DNA of 62,561 bases from a virus (taxonomy: Duplodnaviria > Caudoviricetes): positions 1 through 62,561 of IMG/VR virus record IMGVR_UViG_3300045993_000669; one strand, given 5' to 3'. Shown piece by piece: positions 28,564 to 38,931 of the stretch; the first letter of the stretch is position 1; every line of letters begins with the position of its first letter. The translations under genes were made by a program, and so were the position numbers. The notes under the pieces were generated by a model that was not told the DNA's origin, did no database searches, and saw nothing but the letters and a program-made list of their open reading frames with translations.

Positions 28564-28913
28564 TGCGCCTGCATTCCACTGCCATGGCGGCGGCGGCGCT
28601 GGTGGCGCTGTCCGCCATGGCCCCCGTTGCCCCCGTTGCCTGGGCGGCTGGTACGACACCGCCCAAGGAACCGAACCCGCCGGTCTACGTCCAGTGCAAG
28701 CTGTCCGCTGCGAAGGACCTGGACCGGCTGGCGCGGGCCTTGGCGAACGCTCAGATCGGCGTCTCGGCCATGAAGGCCAATGTCCGGCCGGACGGCCAAT
28801 ACCGGGATCAGGACGTGCGCGAGACCCGTGCCGCGATGCACAAGCTGCGGGTTCTGCGGTTTGGCGCGGGCGGCGATGATGTCTGTGTTGGTCCAGCGAA
28901 GGGCGGCAAATGA
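28563..28913 (+). CDS. Exported protein with signal peptide
   Basis: Ala-rich hydrophobic N-terminus ending AWA. Confidence 0.55.
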   Translation: MRLHSTAMAAAALVALSAMAPVAPVAWAAGTTPPKEPNPPVYVQCKLSAAKDLDRLARALANAQIGVSAMKANVRPDGQYRDQDVRETRAAMHKLRVLRFGAGGDDVCVGPAKGGK

Positions 28914-29083
28914 GCCTTGTCGCCATCATCATAATTTTGCTGCTGATTTTTGGCGGCGGCGGCCTTGGCTGGCACGCGGGATGGTATGGGAACGGCTCGG
29001 GCGCAGGCTACGGCATCTTCGGCGGGATCGGCGGGATTCTCATCTTGGTACTATTGGCGCTTTTGATCACCGGCCGATTGTAG
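28910..29083 (+). CDS. DUF3309-like small membrane protein (57 aa)
   Basis: MSLVAIIIILLLIFGGGG...GGIGGILILVLLALLITGRL; not in the ORF track. Confidence 0.7.
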   Translation: MSLVAIIIILLLIFGGGGLGWHAGWYGNGSGAGYGIFGGIGGILILVLLALLITGRL

Positions 29084-29247
29084 CTGGCGGCACGGCCCGG
29101 CGAACGAGCGCACGCTTCCCCGCCCTTCGCCTGCCAGCCGTGCCGCCTCGCGCCGGTTGGGGCGGCGCGGTCTCGTTATTTGAAGAACGCCACGATCATT
29201 GCGGCGAGAAGTACGGCCGCAGCGAAGTCCATCAGGGTCTCCATTAC

Positions 29248-30454
29248 TCAGCCTCTCCCAGTGCGATCGTAGAGATCAACCCGCTCGTGCGGCTGGGTGC
29301 GCTGCTTGAGCCATGCGCGCCTTGCGTCCCAATCTAAGAGCCAAGCAAGGCCCTTCGAGAATCCGATCAGCAGGACGAAAAACACCAGCCAGAAGATGGT
29401 GAAATTCAGCGGTGTGTATCCGTCCATCACTCCGCCCCCGCCGCGTCGATCTGGGCCAGAGTCTCGGTAATCAGCATGTCAACGGTTTGCGGCAATGGCG
29501 GTGTGCCCCATTCTGTCGCCTGCGCCCATGTGGCGTCTACCAGCGCGTCGAGCAGGGGCCGCAGTTCGGCCAGCACGGCGTCGGCGAGGATCAGTAGGTC
29601 CAAGTCACCATGGACCGGCACGTTCGTTAAGTCGGCAGAATACGGCTCGGTGACGCAATCGTTGTCATCCAGAGACTTCAGCATCCCCCGCGCGATCCGC
29701 TCCCGCAATGTGGTCATGGCGTCTTCAATCCTCGGATTTCTATGGCGCAAGAGCGGCAGGCCACGGCGGACAGACTGATCTCATGTCGGTCGGCAGCGGC
29801 CTCGCACGCCTTCGCGGCGGTCTCAAGGATTGCGTTGCGCTCCGCCGTCAGCCGGGCGACCTCGGTGTTCAGGCGGACGATCTCACGCGCCATCATAGTG
29901 ATAGCCTGCTCCGGGGTCAGCGTGGTCTCGATCTGGATCGGATCGTTCATTTCAGCGCGTCCTTTGCCAAGTCCGCCGCCCATTGTTCGTCTGTCATGTC
30001 TTCAACTTTCTAATTTCGTAAGCGCACTGCGAACACGCGAACCGCTCTCTGACACTGGCGAGTGGGTTTGCCCCGGCGTATGCTGGATCAAGAAAATTCT
30101 GCGCCTGATCCTCGCACGCCTTCGCGGCTTCTTCCAGCGCGGCGTTGCGTTCTTCCTCGCGCTCCTGCCGGTATCCGAGTTTGAACTGCCCGCTCATGTG
30201 CGCCAATTCGGGCGGGTCGGCGTAAGTGCGGGCGGTCATTTTAGAAGTTCCTGGATCTTGGCGGTGATGTCCTCTGAGTCATAGAGCGTTGCCGCGATCT
30301 CATCGGCAATTCCCTCGATCCCGTTCCGCAGCCGCTCAATCTCGGCCACCAGCCGCTCCGGCCACGTCGGCTCCGGCCCGCCGTGGAGCGCGCGGCGCGC
30401 GGCTCCCGTTTTGATCTCGGCCATGATCTGGTCGATCGTGAAGGCGTCAGGCAT
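29248..30454 (-). other. Run of about five small leftward hypothetical genes
   Basis: Coupled ORFs; ERNAALEEAAKACE / ERNAILETAAKACE motif in two of them. Confidence 0.55.
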
Positions 30455-30519
30455 CGGGCGCGTCCTATTCGTTCGATGCCGAACCATGCCCCAGCGTGGC
30501 GTGACAGTCAACAACAGAG

Positions 30520-30548
30520 TTGACGTGTGTAATACAGTGCCTTACGGT
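30520..30548 (+). promoter_or_regulatory. Sigma70 promoter with palindromic operator
   Basis: TTGACG-17 nt-TACGGT; TGTAATACA palindrome in spacer. Confidence 0.6.
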
Positions 30549-30553
30549 GCGGC

Positions 30554-30724
30554 ATGGCAAACACCCCCGCTCTTGGCTTCCGGCTGGACGAAGATGCTAC
30601 GGCGGCGCTGGTCCGTGCCGCGAAGGCGGACAGCCGCCCCGTTGGCGCCCTGATCCGGCTTATCGTGGTCCGATGGCTCGTGGAGAACGGGCACTTGCAG
30701 GAGGACAAGCCCGATGCCGGATGA
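30554..30724 (+). CDS. Ribbon-helix-helix (Arc/CopG-like) regulator, 56 aa
   Basis: LGFRLDEDATAALVRAAKADSRPVGALIRLIV; not in the ORF track. Confidence 0.7.
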   Translation: MANTPALGFRLDEDATAALVRAAKADSRPVGALIRLIVVRWLVENGHLQEDKPDAG

Positions 30725-31094
30725 GAAGCCGCGCGCCAAAATAAGCAGGCTCACAGGGCGTCCCGTCGTGATCGAAGCGCGCCGCCAGGGTCTACCGAAG
30801 CGTCCTGAGCCTCCATCCGCTGGTCCGCTGCCCGTGGAACCTGCACCGCTCCCGCGCCCTCTCGCGCCAGCCAAGGCCGCCGCAGATGCCGGATGAACCT
30901 CGCCTTACCGCCGCGCAACGCCGGGCGCTGATGGCGCTCACGGGGGAGTGGGCGAGACCACGAAGTGATCTACCGGCGGTCAGGTCTTTGGCCCGGCACA
31001 CCGGGAGACTAGCAGAACGCGGCGTGAGCATAGCAGTGGAGTATTTCCGCCTCACGCCCGCCGGGATCGCGGTCAAGGCGCGGCTGGAGTCGGA

Positions 31095-31436
31095 ATGACG
31101 GACGAACCGGTCGATTTCGCAGCCCTGGCCGCCGAGGCCGCGAAGACCGCCTACGATCCGCGCGCCAAGCGGTGCTGGCCGTGGTCGCACCAGTGGACCA
31201 TGTGGGAGACGGAGCGGACGGGGCGCCAGCAGACACGCCGCTGCACTGGATGCGGCAAGACAGCCGTGAGCCAGTTGCGCCGAACGTGCGATCACGAGTG
31301 GCGGACGTTGAATGCGGTCAGTTTGTTCAGCCGGACGGATTATGGCGGGAAGGAAGATTTACCTTTTGCCCGCGCGCTCGATCAGCAATGCACTAAGTGC
31401 GGCGATATTCGGCGGGTCAGGACGGACGGGCGATAG
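31095..31436 (+). CDS. Cys/His-rich Zn-finger protein
   Basis: HQW...CTGCG and HEW...CTKCG duplicated motif. Confidence 0.6.
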   Translation: MTDEPVDFAALAAEAAKTAYDPRAKRCWPWSHQWTMWETERTGRQQTRRCTGCGKTAVSQLRRTCDHEWRTLNAVSLFSRTDYGGKEDLPFARALDQQCTKCGDIRRVRTDGR

Positions 31437-31559
31437 CCCCGCCGGGCCGGGCCGGACCGGTTAGGATCGGGCGGGGAAAACCGTGGCCCGAGGCTTTTTG
31501 GTGCCCGAACTTCGCGGATTAACGACCCGCAAATTGGGGCCGCTGGGCAACTGGCGGCC

Positions 31560-31934
31560 TCAGTTGCGTCTACGGGCCGCGATCAGCGCCACGGCGGCGG
31601 CCCCCAGCACGGCCAGCGTGCCCGGCTCGGGGGTGTTGATGGGGGCTACTATCCCAAGTTCCGGCCCTACTTGGGGTAGTCGGTCGTCAAATTGGGGCAG
31701 GAGCCGCGGCACCGATCCGGGCCAGGGCGGCACCCAGGGCACGACTCCCGGCCACGGCCGGATCAGATCGGGCGGCGCGGTCTCGGATGGCAACGGCGGC
31801 AGGGTGGTGATGACGATGCCAACGGACCAGCACACGATGCGCGCGGCACGGCGGGCGGCTACCTGGACGGCCGTGTAGCGGATGATCCGGCCACCGGGGA
31901 GCCAGCGCGCGGCGCGGGCCACACAAACGATCAA
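31560..31934 (-). CDS. PEP-CTERM sorting-domain protein
   Basis: C-terminus TPEPGTLAVLGAAAVALIAARRRN. Confidence 0.7.
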   Translation of the reverse strand: MIVCVARAARWLPGGRIIRYTAVQVAARRAARIVCWSVGIVITTLPPLPSETAPPDLIRPWPGVVPWVPPWPGSVPRLLPQFDDRLPQVGPELGIVAPINTPEPGTLAVLGAAAVALIAARRRN

Positions 31935-32021
31935 GACTCATCTCCATCAGTTTTCGTATTGATATTTGCCCAAGGCACCACGAGCGCCAAGCGTCGTCGT
32001 GGCGCGGATCGTCAAAAACGC

Positions 32022-33485
32022 TCATGGCGTCGGTCCTTTCAGGAGCCTACGGAGGCTATATCGCCACCCGCCATCCGGCCCGGAATAAAATTCCAGTATC
32101 TTCTCGATCCCCTCCCGCAGCCGCACCAGTTCCCGTGCGTCGTCAGGGGACGCGGGGCCGATGTAGCGGTAGCCGGTTTCGTGTAGACTGCCGGGTGGCC
32201 CTATAAAGGTCCAAATACCACCACCATTCGGGAGTATTATCCACCTTCTGGCTGCAGGCGCGTTGTCCTCCAGCTGCAGCCAATGCCACCCCTCCACCTC
32301 CGGGTTTGGCGGGCGCCCGTCCCACGCGGCTGTTTTATCCGGCATCTTTAATCCCCTCATCGTAAGCCCTGACCAGCAACCTGAGCGCGGCGCGGATTGT
32401 GCGTTCGCTTCCGGGCTGCTCGGCAATGGATGCAACCACATCACGCAACGCCTTGCCGTTTTCCTCCATAGCCTTCAATCGGCGATGAAGGTTCAACGCC
32501 ACGGACTGTGCATCGCTCATGGCGTCGGCTCCTTGGCGAGAAAGGCGGCGATGTCAGACCAAAGGCCCTTGACTGTCACCTCCACGAACGCCCTCCGCAG
32601 CAGCGCGACCATCTCGGCCCGGCTGTTCACGGCGGACACGATGGAGGCGGCAATGGCGTCGTCGTCAGCCAGCGTGCCTTGGCTGTCGATTTCGCAGACA
32701 GTCTCATCATCCGCATCCAGGATAATCCACGGCTCGTCCTGGGCGACCTTCAGCGGCAGTTTCATTGCCCCCTCCATTTCCTTGCTGCCCCGTCTGCCCA
32801 ATAGGCCCGCATGTTCACGACGTTGCTGGAAGCCGATGCTGTCTGTGCGTCCTGGCGGCAGTTCTCCACGATTTCATCCAACCGCTGTTCCAGCGTTTTC
32901 ACGCGGCCCGCCAGCGGCATCAGTTCCGCGGCGATCTGCCGGGCCGTGCCGTCCGCCAGCCGGGACAGGGCCTCGGCACGGGCCGCGATTTCGTCTGCCA
33001 GCGTCGTCATCCTACGTTCCCTCCCTTGAGTCCGCAGTCGCCCTCTGGCAAGCGGTCTTTGTAAAAAGGATCATCCGGATGGGCTTTGAGATAACCGGCG
33101 GATAACGTCCAGGACCACATCATACAGGCGGACGCGAGGCAGAAAACGTTGCTTGGAACAAAGCCATCGGACTCTCGATTGTATGAGCCGTCGCTATCAA
33201 TAATACGCGCCATTGGGCACCATTTCGTTTTGGCCTCGTCCTCGGTCATCCCTTCGCCCCCTTCTTCCGTTCGCCCGTGACCATCTTCACGTCGGCCGCC
33301 AGCATATGCACCGCCATATCCGCGTCCGCATCCAGCACAGGAGGCCCAGCGGCGCCGTTCACCAGTTGCGCGGGGGTAGGCGGCGGCACCGCCCGCAGAA
33401 GCGCCTGTAGCCACCGCTGCACGTCCCGCACGCGGGCAGCATCGCCGGCCGGGATCTGAACTTTGAGTTCGATCAGGACCGTCAT
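32022..33485 (-). other. Run of about six small leftward hypothetical genes
   Basis: Overlapping start/stop codons. Confidence 0.55.
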
Positions 33486-34240
33486 GCCAAATCCCCGAAT
33501 TTGTTGCCCAGCATCCCGGCCACGAGGGCGTCCAGTTCCGCGGGACTTCCGGGTTCCGGCCTGTCGCCGTATTCGGCCTCGGCCGGCGGCACGATCGCAG
33601 CGAACGCCTGATATGCTCCCAGGCTCACGGCCTTGGCTTGGAGGGCTTCCAGTTCGTCGGAAAACTGCTCCAACGCATCAGACAGTTTCTTGATGAACGC
33701 TTCGTCCCTGCCCGTCTCGGTCATGTAGAGCGGCATGCGGTTCTGATACGAGACGAAAATCGCCCTGTCCGCCTCGCACACGAAAAGCTGCCCCTGGACC
33801 TGACAAACGTAATCAGAGCCATGACCGAACAGCAGCCGCTCCAACTGCACCGGGATTGTCGGGCATTTCGACTCGGCTGTGATCGCAATCTTGTCTCCGG
33901 CCATCACCACGCGGTCAGGCGATGCGCCGAACCTGCCATCCTCGGTTTCAACAAAGCCGATTGCCTTGGTCTCGATGTCGTTCAGCATCTCCATCTGGGC
34001 CACGGCGAACTGTTCTTGCTCTCGCCCGTCCTGGATATGGGAAATGCGATCAAGGCTGTCCGCCTGCCATCGCAACAAACGTCCGGCGATGATCCTGACC
34101 GCGTATTTATGACGCGCCTCCGCCAGTTTCTGGGTCTTCGGCGTAATTACATGGTGGAACTCCGAAGCCGTGGGAATCACGGCCCGTCGTTGATACCAAT
34201 CCGCGCTCCCCTGCGATAAATCCCAAAACAATCGTGCCAT
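33482..34240 (-). CDS. YqaJ / lambda-type exonuclease
   Basis: QGSADWYQRR..PTASEF, GASPD, ESKCP, YVCQVQGQL. Confidence 0.9.
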   Translation of the reverse strand: MARLFWDLSQGSADWYQRRAVIPTASEFHHVITPKTQKLAEARHKYAVRIIAGRLLRWQADSLDRISHIQDGREQEQFAVAQMEMLNDIETKAIGFVETEDGRFGASPDRVVMAGDKIAITAESKCPTIPVQLERLLFGHGSDYVCQVQGQLFVCEADRAIFVSYQNRMPLYMTETGRDEAFIKKLSDALEQFSDELEALQAKAVSLGAYQAFAAIVPPAEAEYGDRPEPGSPAELDALVAGMLGNKFGDLA

Positions 34241-34833
34241 TACACGCCACCCCTGATCTTGAAATAGATGCGGGCACAGGCCCGGGCATCGACCAGGGCA
34301 TCGTGGGCGCCGGGCAGTTCCTCGCCAAAGAAGTGCTTGATGGCCTCGCCAAGATTGGGAGACTTCGGCCCCGTGAACCCAGCCGCGATCTGCCGCTCCG
34401 TTGGCGGGAGTTTCAGGATGGGCTTTGCCGCCGCGCATGTGTCAAACGAAGCCCGCTTCTCGATAGCTTCGATGAAATCCCGCTCGATGCCGTAGCGGGT
34501 CATGGCGATCCGCATAATCCGATCATCGAACGGTGTATTGTGTGCCACCCGGAGCGAGCAAACACCCTGCGACATGATGTATGCCGCTACAGCCTCGTTT
34601 TCTGGCACGCCTTCGTCCATTGCGCGCTCATGGCTGATGCCGTGGATCGCGGTGACCTCAGGCGATATCGTCCATCCGTTCGGCTTGATGATCATCGTCT
34701 TGGCCCGCGCCTCAGTGCCGTCGTCAGCGTGGCGGATGAGCGCGATCTGCACCAAATGAGGCTGGTTCGGATCGTTCGACCGTGCCTTGAAATCCGGCAG
34801 GCCGGTTGTCTCCACGTCGTACACGAGGATCAT
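34240..34833 (-). CDS. DnaQ-like DEDDh 3'-5' exonuclease
   Basis: YDVETTGL, VAHNTPFD, AHDALVDA. Confidence 0.9.
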   Translation of the reverse strand: MILVYDVETTGLPDFKARSNDPNQPHLVQIALIRHADDGTEARAKTMIIKPNGWTISPEVTAIHGISHERAMDEGVPENEAVAAYIMSQGVCSLRVAHNTPFDDRIMRIAMTRYGIERDFIEAIEKRASFDTCAAAKPILKLPPTERQIAAGFTGPKSPNLGEAIKHFFGEELPGAHDALVDARACARIYFKIRGGV

Positions 34834-35618
34834 GTTTGCGCCTCCCTTTTCTTGTTCTGGGCGATGAACCCAAGCAACATATTCTTCACGGCGAGGTAGG
34901 GCGCTCCGTTCTCCAATTCCTCGAAACTGTGGATCGTGCCCCCACCGTCCACGTTCTGGAACATACGTTGCAGTATCACGCTTTCCTGTTGTCTGGCCTC
35001 AACGCAGAGGTCGGCCAATTCCTGCACCATTGCGCCGTCGATGAACTTCTGCCCGCCCCTCACCCCGTCGTCGTCCATGTTCGCGAAAACGACGTTGAAC
35101 GCCCCGCAAAGGGCATACCGTTTCAGGTAGGTCTCGGTCGATCCGCCGCCGTGCAGCACGGTTTTGACCGCTTTCCCCTGCGGCCCCATCGTGTCGGCGG
35201 GCGCCTCGCGGTGGTACAGTTTGGTGTGCCGGCCAAGCGAAACGGACACTTCGACGCGGATGTTTCCAGGGGTCAGCGGCGGTATCGTGTTCGATGATAC
35301 CGAAAACCCGTGCTTGACGTAGATCGGCCGGATCGCGGCGTCCACGTGTTCCAGTTTGGCATACATGCTCCGGGTCTGGCTGTTCTCGGTGCGGCGCACC
35401 ACGGGCATGATCTCGGCTTGGCATAGGTTCATCGCGGCGTTGAACGCTTCCTCGGCCTGCCGCGCCTGTTCCCGCTCTTGCAGCGCCACCAGCCTGTCGA
35501 ACATCTCCGGGTTCAGGTCCGGCGAACTGGCCAGTTGCAGGATGCGGGTTAGGATTGCTCCGCTGTCGGACGTGGCAACCGCGCCCTCCGGCACAACGGC
35601 GATCTCGGTGTCTGTCAT
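34830..35618 (-). CDS. ERF-family single-strand annealing protein
   Basis: YAKLEHVDAAIRP and GSTETYLKRYAL...DDDG. Confidence 0.85.
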   Translation of the reverse strand: MTDTEIAVVPEGAVATSDSGAILTRILQLASSPDLNPEMFDRLVALQEREQARQAEEAFNAAMNLCQAEIMPVVRRTENSQTRSMYAKLEHVDAAIRPIYVKHGFSVSSNTIPPLTPGNIRVEVSVSLGRHTKLYHREAPADTMGPQGKAVKTVLHGGGSTETYLKRYALCGAFNVVFANMDDDGVRGGQKFIDGAMVQELADLCVEARQQESVILQRMFQNVDGGGTIHSFEELENGAPYLAVKNMLLGFIAQNKKREAQT

Positions 35619-36016
35619 GGCTCGTCCTTCCATTCTCCGGCTTCGATCAGGAACGCGCGGGCCTCGGCGCACAACGCTTCCAACTTCACGATGCAGTCTT
35701 GCTGTAGGGTCGCCGTGCGCGTCGTGCTGTGAAGTCTGGCAACGATGTCGTTCCGCTTTTGCTTTGCGAGGATGGCGACGACTTCCTGTTCGGCTCGATG
35801 GCCAAATCCGATACGGGACTCACCGCCAATCTGGAATCCTTCATTGGTGGAATACCTTGGTTTCCGTTTGAACCGCCTGCCTCCAATAATGATCTGTGTA
35901 TCCGTCACGCGGTCGATCTTCCGGCGCGCATAACGCGGCATCCATCCGCCTTCAAACTCGATCACCTCATCCCCAGGCCCCAGGTCGGCCAGCGTCCGCT
36001 CCTTTGTGTCGGTCAT
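35615..36016 (-). CDS. Hypothetical protein
   Basis: Coupled ORF. Confidence 0.55.
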   Translation of the reverse strand: MTDTKERTLADLGPGDEVIEFEGGWMPRYARRKIDRVTDTQIIIGGRRFKRKPRYSTNEGFQIGGESRIGFGHRAEQEVVAILAKQKRNDIVARLHSTTRTATLQQDCIVKLEALCAEARAFLIEAGEWKDEP

Positions 36017-36258
36017 GCCCCCTCTCCCGTCGCGTCCTCGATGCCCGCCTTCACGGCCAGCAGCCGCTCGGCCAGCGCGCCGCACTCGGAGGGGGAAAGG
36101 TAGAGGCACAAATCGATGCCGAGTTTTAGTGTCGTGACCTGCACGCTCACAAAATCCATGGCGGTTTCGCTGGTATAACGGAACCCTGTTGCCTTGATAC
36201 GGACTTTCTCGCCGCCAATCTTCAGCGGCTCGGAATTGATGACAACGTGGTCGGACAT
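36013..36258 (-). CDS. Hypothetical protein
   Basis: GGGAG RBS. Confidence 0.55.
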   Translation of the reverse strand: MSDHVVINSEPLKIGGEKVRIKATGFRYTSETAMDFVSVQVTTLKLGIDLCLYLSPSECGALAERLLAVKAGIEDATGEGA

Positions 36259-36359
36259 CTGGATTCTCCCGTGTGTTCCGCTCTTTCATACTACCCCGCT
36301 CCATATGCTACTAGCGCAAAAGTGTTGACCGCGCCAGATTTCCGCACCATCCTCCGACC

Positions 36360-36584
36360 ATGGACCAACCCCTCTCTATCCCGACGCCCGAAATCGTCCG
36401 CAAGGCAGCGGCCGCCCGGGGCCTGTCGATCAACGAGATGAGCCGCCGCGCCAAAAAGCACCCGGACCTGTTCCGCCGCTGGGCGAGAGGCAACAACGCG
36501 TCCCAGGAGACGATCCAGGCGTGGCTGGACGTGATCAACGCCACCCCGCTCCAACCCCAAACCGATCAGGACACCCATGTCTGA
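36360..36584 (+). CDS. Cro-like HTH regulator
   Basis: RGLSINEMSRRAKKHPDLFRRWARG; TTGACC promoter upstream at the divergence point. Confidence 0.65.
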   Translation: MDQPLSIPTPEIVRKAAAARGLSINEMSRRAKKHPDLFRRWARGNNASQETIQAWLDVINATPLQPQTDQDTHV

Positions 36585-37134
36585 AACCAATGGCCCAGGC
36601 CGCGCCACGCCAGAGCAGATCGCCAAAGCCCTGGCGGAATACACGACCCTGAAGACCGAAAGCAGGCGCGTGGCCGGCAAGATCAGCACCGTCCTGAAGA
36701 TGTTCGAGAAGGACGGGGGGAGCCGCAAGGCGCTGAAGGCGCTGCACGACAGCCTCAATCTAAACAAGGACGAGGCGGCGGCGGATTTGCGGGAACGCGT
36801 GCGGTACTTGGCGCTCTACGACCGCGCCGGGATTTTCACGAAGGCGACCCAAGCCAGCCTTGATCTGGGCGTGGAATTGGGCGCTTCCGTGAAGACGGCG
36901 ACCGGGGATGCCGGGGCTGGCCTCGCCCGTGCCCGTGCCCATGCTGACGGCTACAACAGCGGGAAACTGGGCGCCTCGGTGGAGGACAACGTATTCGTGC
37001 CGGGGACGCCTGAGTTCGTGGCATGGCGCAACGGCCACGCTGACGGTGCCTCCGATCGCGCGGAGCGGCTGGGCGAAGTGGCGCCCGCACCCACGCGGCG
37101 GGGCAAGGGCAGGGGCGCGGGGGCTGCGGCATGA
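36577..37134 (+). CDS. Possible GapR-like DNA-binding protein with RMF-like C-terminal motif
   Basis: Helical N-terminal half; ADGYNSG..N.F..GT....AWRNG motif. Confidence 0.4.
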   Translation: MSETNGPGRATPEQIAKALAEYTTLKTESRRVAGKISTVLKMFEKDGGSRKALKALHDSLNLNKDEAAADLRERVRYLALYDRAGIFTKATQASLDLGVELGASVKTATGDAGAGLARARAHADGYNSGKLGASVEDNVFVPGTPEFVAWRNGHADGASDRAERLGEVAPAPTRRGKGRGAGAAA

Positions 37135-37430
37135 GCGACCGTTACATTCTCGACGCCGCCGGGCAGCCGGTTCATGAGCCGGACCTTAACACGTGGGGCA
37201 GTTGGTTCGAGACCGCCGAACGCCACGTCGCGAAAGATCAAATCGGGGATGTGTGTGTCTCGACGGTTTTCCTTGCTTTGGACCACAGATTTGGCGGGGG
37301 CGGCGACCCGGTTTTATGGGAGACCATGATCTTTCAAGGTCCGCACGATGGCTACCAGGAACGGTACACGTCGCGCGCCGCTGCCGAAGCGGGCCACGCG
37401 GCGGCGGTCAAACTGGTGCGGGCTGCGTAG
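37131..37430 (+). CDS. Conserved-type phage hypothetical protein
   Basis: VSTVFLALDH...LWETMIF motif. Confidence 0.65.
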   Translation: MSDRYILDAAGQPVHEPDLNTWGSWFETAERHVAKDQIGDVCVSTVFLALDHRFGGGGDPVLWETMIFQGPHDGYQERYTSRAAAEAGHAAAVKLVRAA

Positions 37431-37924
37431 TGCCCACCCGCGGCGATGTGGACTGGGACCCGCCGATGATCGCACGGCTGCGGGAGTTGTGGGCGCAGAC
37501 GGAGCCATTCCTGTCCACTGCGGCAATCGGGCGGGCCATGGGCTGCTCCAAGTCCGCCATCGTGGGCAAGGCGCACCGGCTGCATCTCCCCTCGCGCGCC
37601 AATCCCATTATCCGGGGCGATGGCACCCCGCCAAAGTCCAGCCCCGTTCCCCCACCCCAACAGAAGGCCCCCGCCGCCGTGCTTCACTTTCTCCCCACAC
37701 CCGCCCCTGAGCCGGACCCGCCCGCAAAGGCGGTGCTTCTGCCCGCCGCCAGCACGGCGCCGATGAAACTGTCCCCCCCGTGGTCGCGCTGCCATTGGCC
37801 GATAGGGGAACCCGGAACCCCCGCGTTCCGCTGGTGCGGCGAACGGGTGGCCGCGCCGCAGAAGCCCTATTGCCCCGAACACGCGGCGCGGGCTTTCACC
37901 AGAAGCCGCCACGACGCAGCATGA
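37430..37924 (+). CDS. gcrA: GcrA cell-cycle regulator homologue
   Basis: W...LRELW...SKSAIVGKAHRLHL and CHWPIGEP...WCG...PYCPEH. Confidence 0.9.
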   Translation: MPTRGDVDWDPPMIARLRELWAQTEPFLSTAAIGRAMGCSKSAIVGKAHRLHLPSRANPIIRGDGTPPKSSPVPPPQQKAPAAVLHFLPTPAPEPDPPAKAVLLPAASTAPMKLSPPWSRCHWPIGEPGTPAFRWCGERVAAPQKPYCPEHAARAFTRSRHDAA

Positions 37925-38241
37925 TCGAGAGCGTCCAAACTCTCTGCGATGCCTGCGCGTATGTTCCTCTTTCACTAAAAGAGGGCAAGGAACACGGCGC
38001 ATTTTTCCTGTTCGGCCTTTTCTGGGTTTTGTTCTTTGCTTTTTGGTACACATTCGGAAAACGTCGTGACTGAGATTGCAGGCCTCTCCTGCGCGTGCGG
38101 CGAGACGGACCTGATCGCGGTGGCGCCCGGATCGGAGCCGGAAAAGGTGGACCTGTTTACCGCCCGCATCGCGATCTCCCATGGCACCCCCGCCGTGGCT
38201 TGGTGCGCCGCGTGCTGGCCCACGAAAGCGGCGGCGGTAAG

Positions 38242-38751
38242 GTGACGGACTACGCCCCGCTCCCCGGCGTGATCCTGTTCCTGGATTTGGCGGGCACCAT
38301 CGGCTGGGCGGCAGGGCGCAAGGGCGACGATCCCCCGGCGATGGGCGCGATCAAACTCCCGGACGGCCCGCACTACGGCAACCGGCTGATGGCGGCGGAG
38401 AACGCGCTGATCGATTTGATCGAGACGCACCGGCCCGCCAGGATCGTCTGTGAGGCGCCGCTGAGGCTCAAGGCGCAATCCAACGCTGCGACGGCCCGCT
38501 GGCTGTATGGCCTGTTGGCCTACTGCCACGGCGAGGCTGCGCGATACCAACTGCCTGTGGAGGAAGTGGACGCCGACAAATGCCGCAAGGCGGTGCTGGG
38601 CCAATCGCGGGTGACGGCGGACCAGAAGGCGCGGGGGCTGACGATGAAAATCCTTTCGTTGCGATATTGCCGATATCGGGGATGGAACCCACCGACGCAC
38701 GATGCCGCCGATGCCGCGGTGATGTTCTATTACGTAATGACGAGGCGATGA
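38242..38751 (+). CDS. RuvC-like Holliday junction resolvase
   Basis: LFLDLAGTIGWA, IVCEAP, HDAADA acidic motifs. Confidence 0.75.
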   Translation: MTDYAPLPGVILFLDLAGTIGWAAGRKGDDPPAMGAIKLPDGPHYGNRLMAAENALIDLIETHRPARIVCEAPLRLKAQSNAATARWLYGLLAYCHGEAARYQLPVEEVDADKCRKAVLGQSRVTADQKARGLTMKILSLRYCRYRGWNPPTHDAADAAVMFYYVMTRR

Positions 38752-38776
38752 GACTCTTTGAATTAACTAAGGAATG

Positions 38777-38806
38777 TTGTAGGTTCGTTCCGTCGCGTGG
38801 AATAAT
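38777..38806 (+). promoter_or_regulatory. Putative promoter for pentamer array 1
   Basis: TTGTAG-18 nt-AATAAT with extended TG. Confidence 0.5.
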
Positions 38807-38818
38807 CCACCGGCCCAA

Positions 38819-38927
38819 GGCTGGGCTAGGATCGGCGTGTCCGGGACAGGCAGGGCGTGGCAGGCATGGCTGGTCAGGGATCGGCAAGGCTTGGCGGGGC
38901 AGGGATCGGCGCGGCAAGGCGAGGCAA
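38819..38927 (+). repeat. GGC-NN pentamer array 1 (putative guide RNA): 8 + 13 pentamers split by GGCA
   Basis: Strict 5-nt periodicity parsed by hand. Confidence 0.9.
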
Positions 38928-38931
38928 TCGG

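Noticed and set aside
31437-31480. Short GGGCC/GGACC pentamer-like run
   Set aside because: Only about five units and flanked by complementary CCCCGCC/GGCGGGG; better explained as a terminator-like hairpin between convergent genes.
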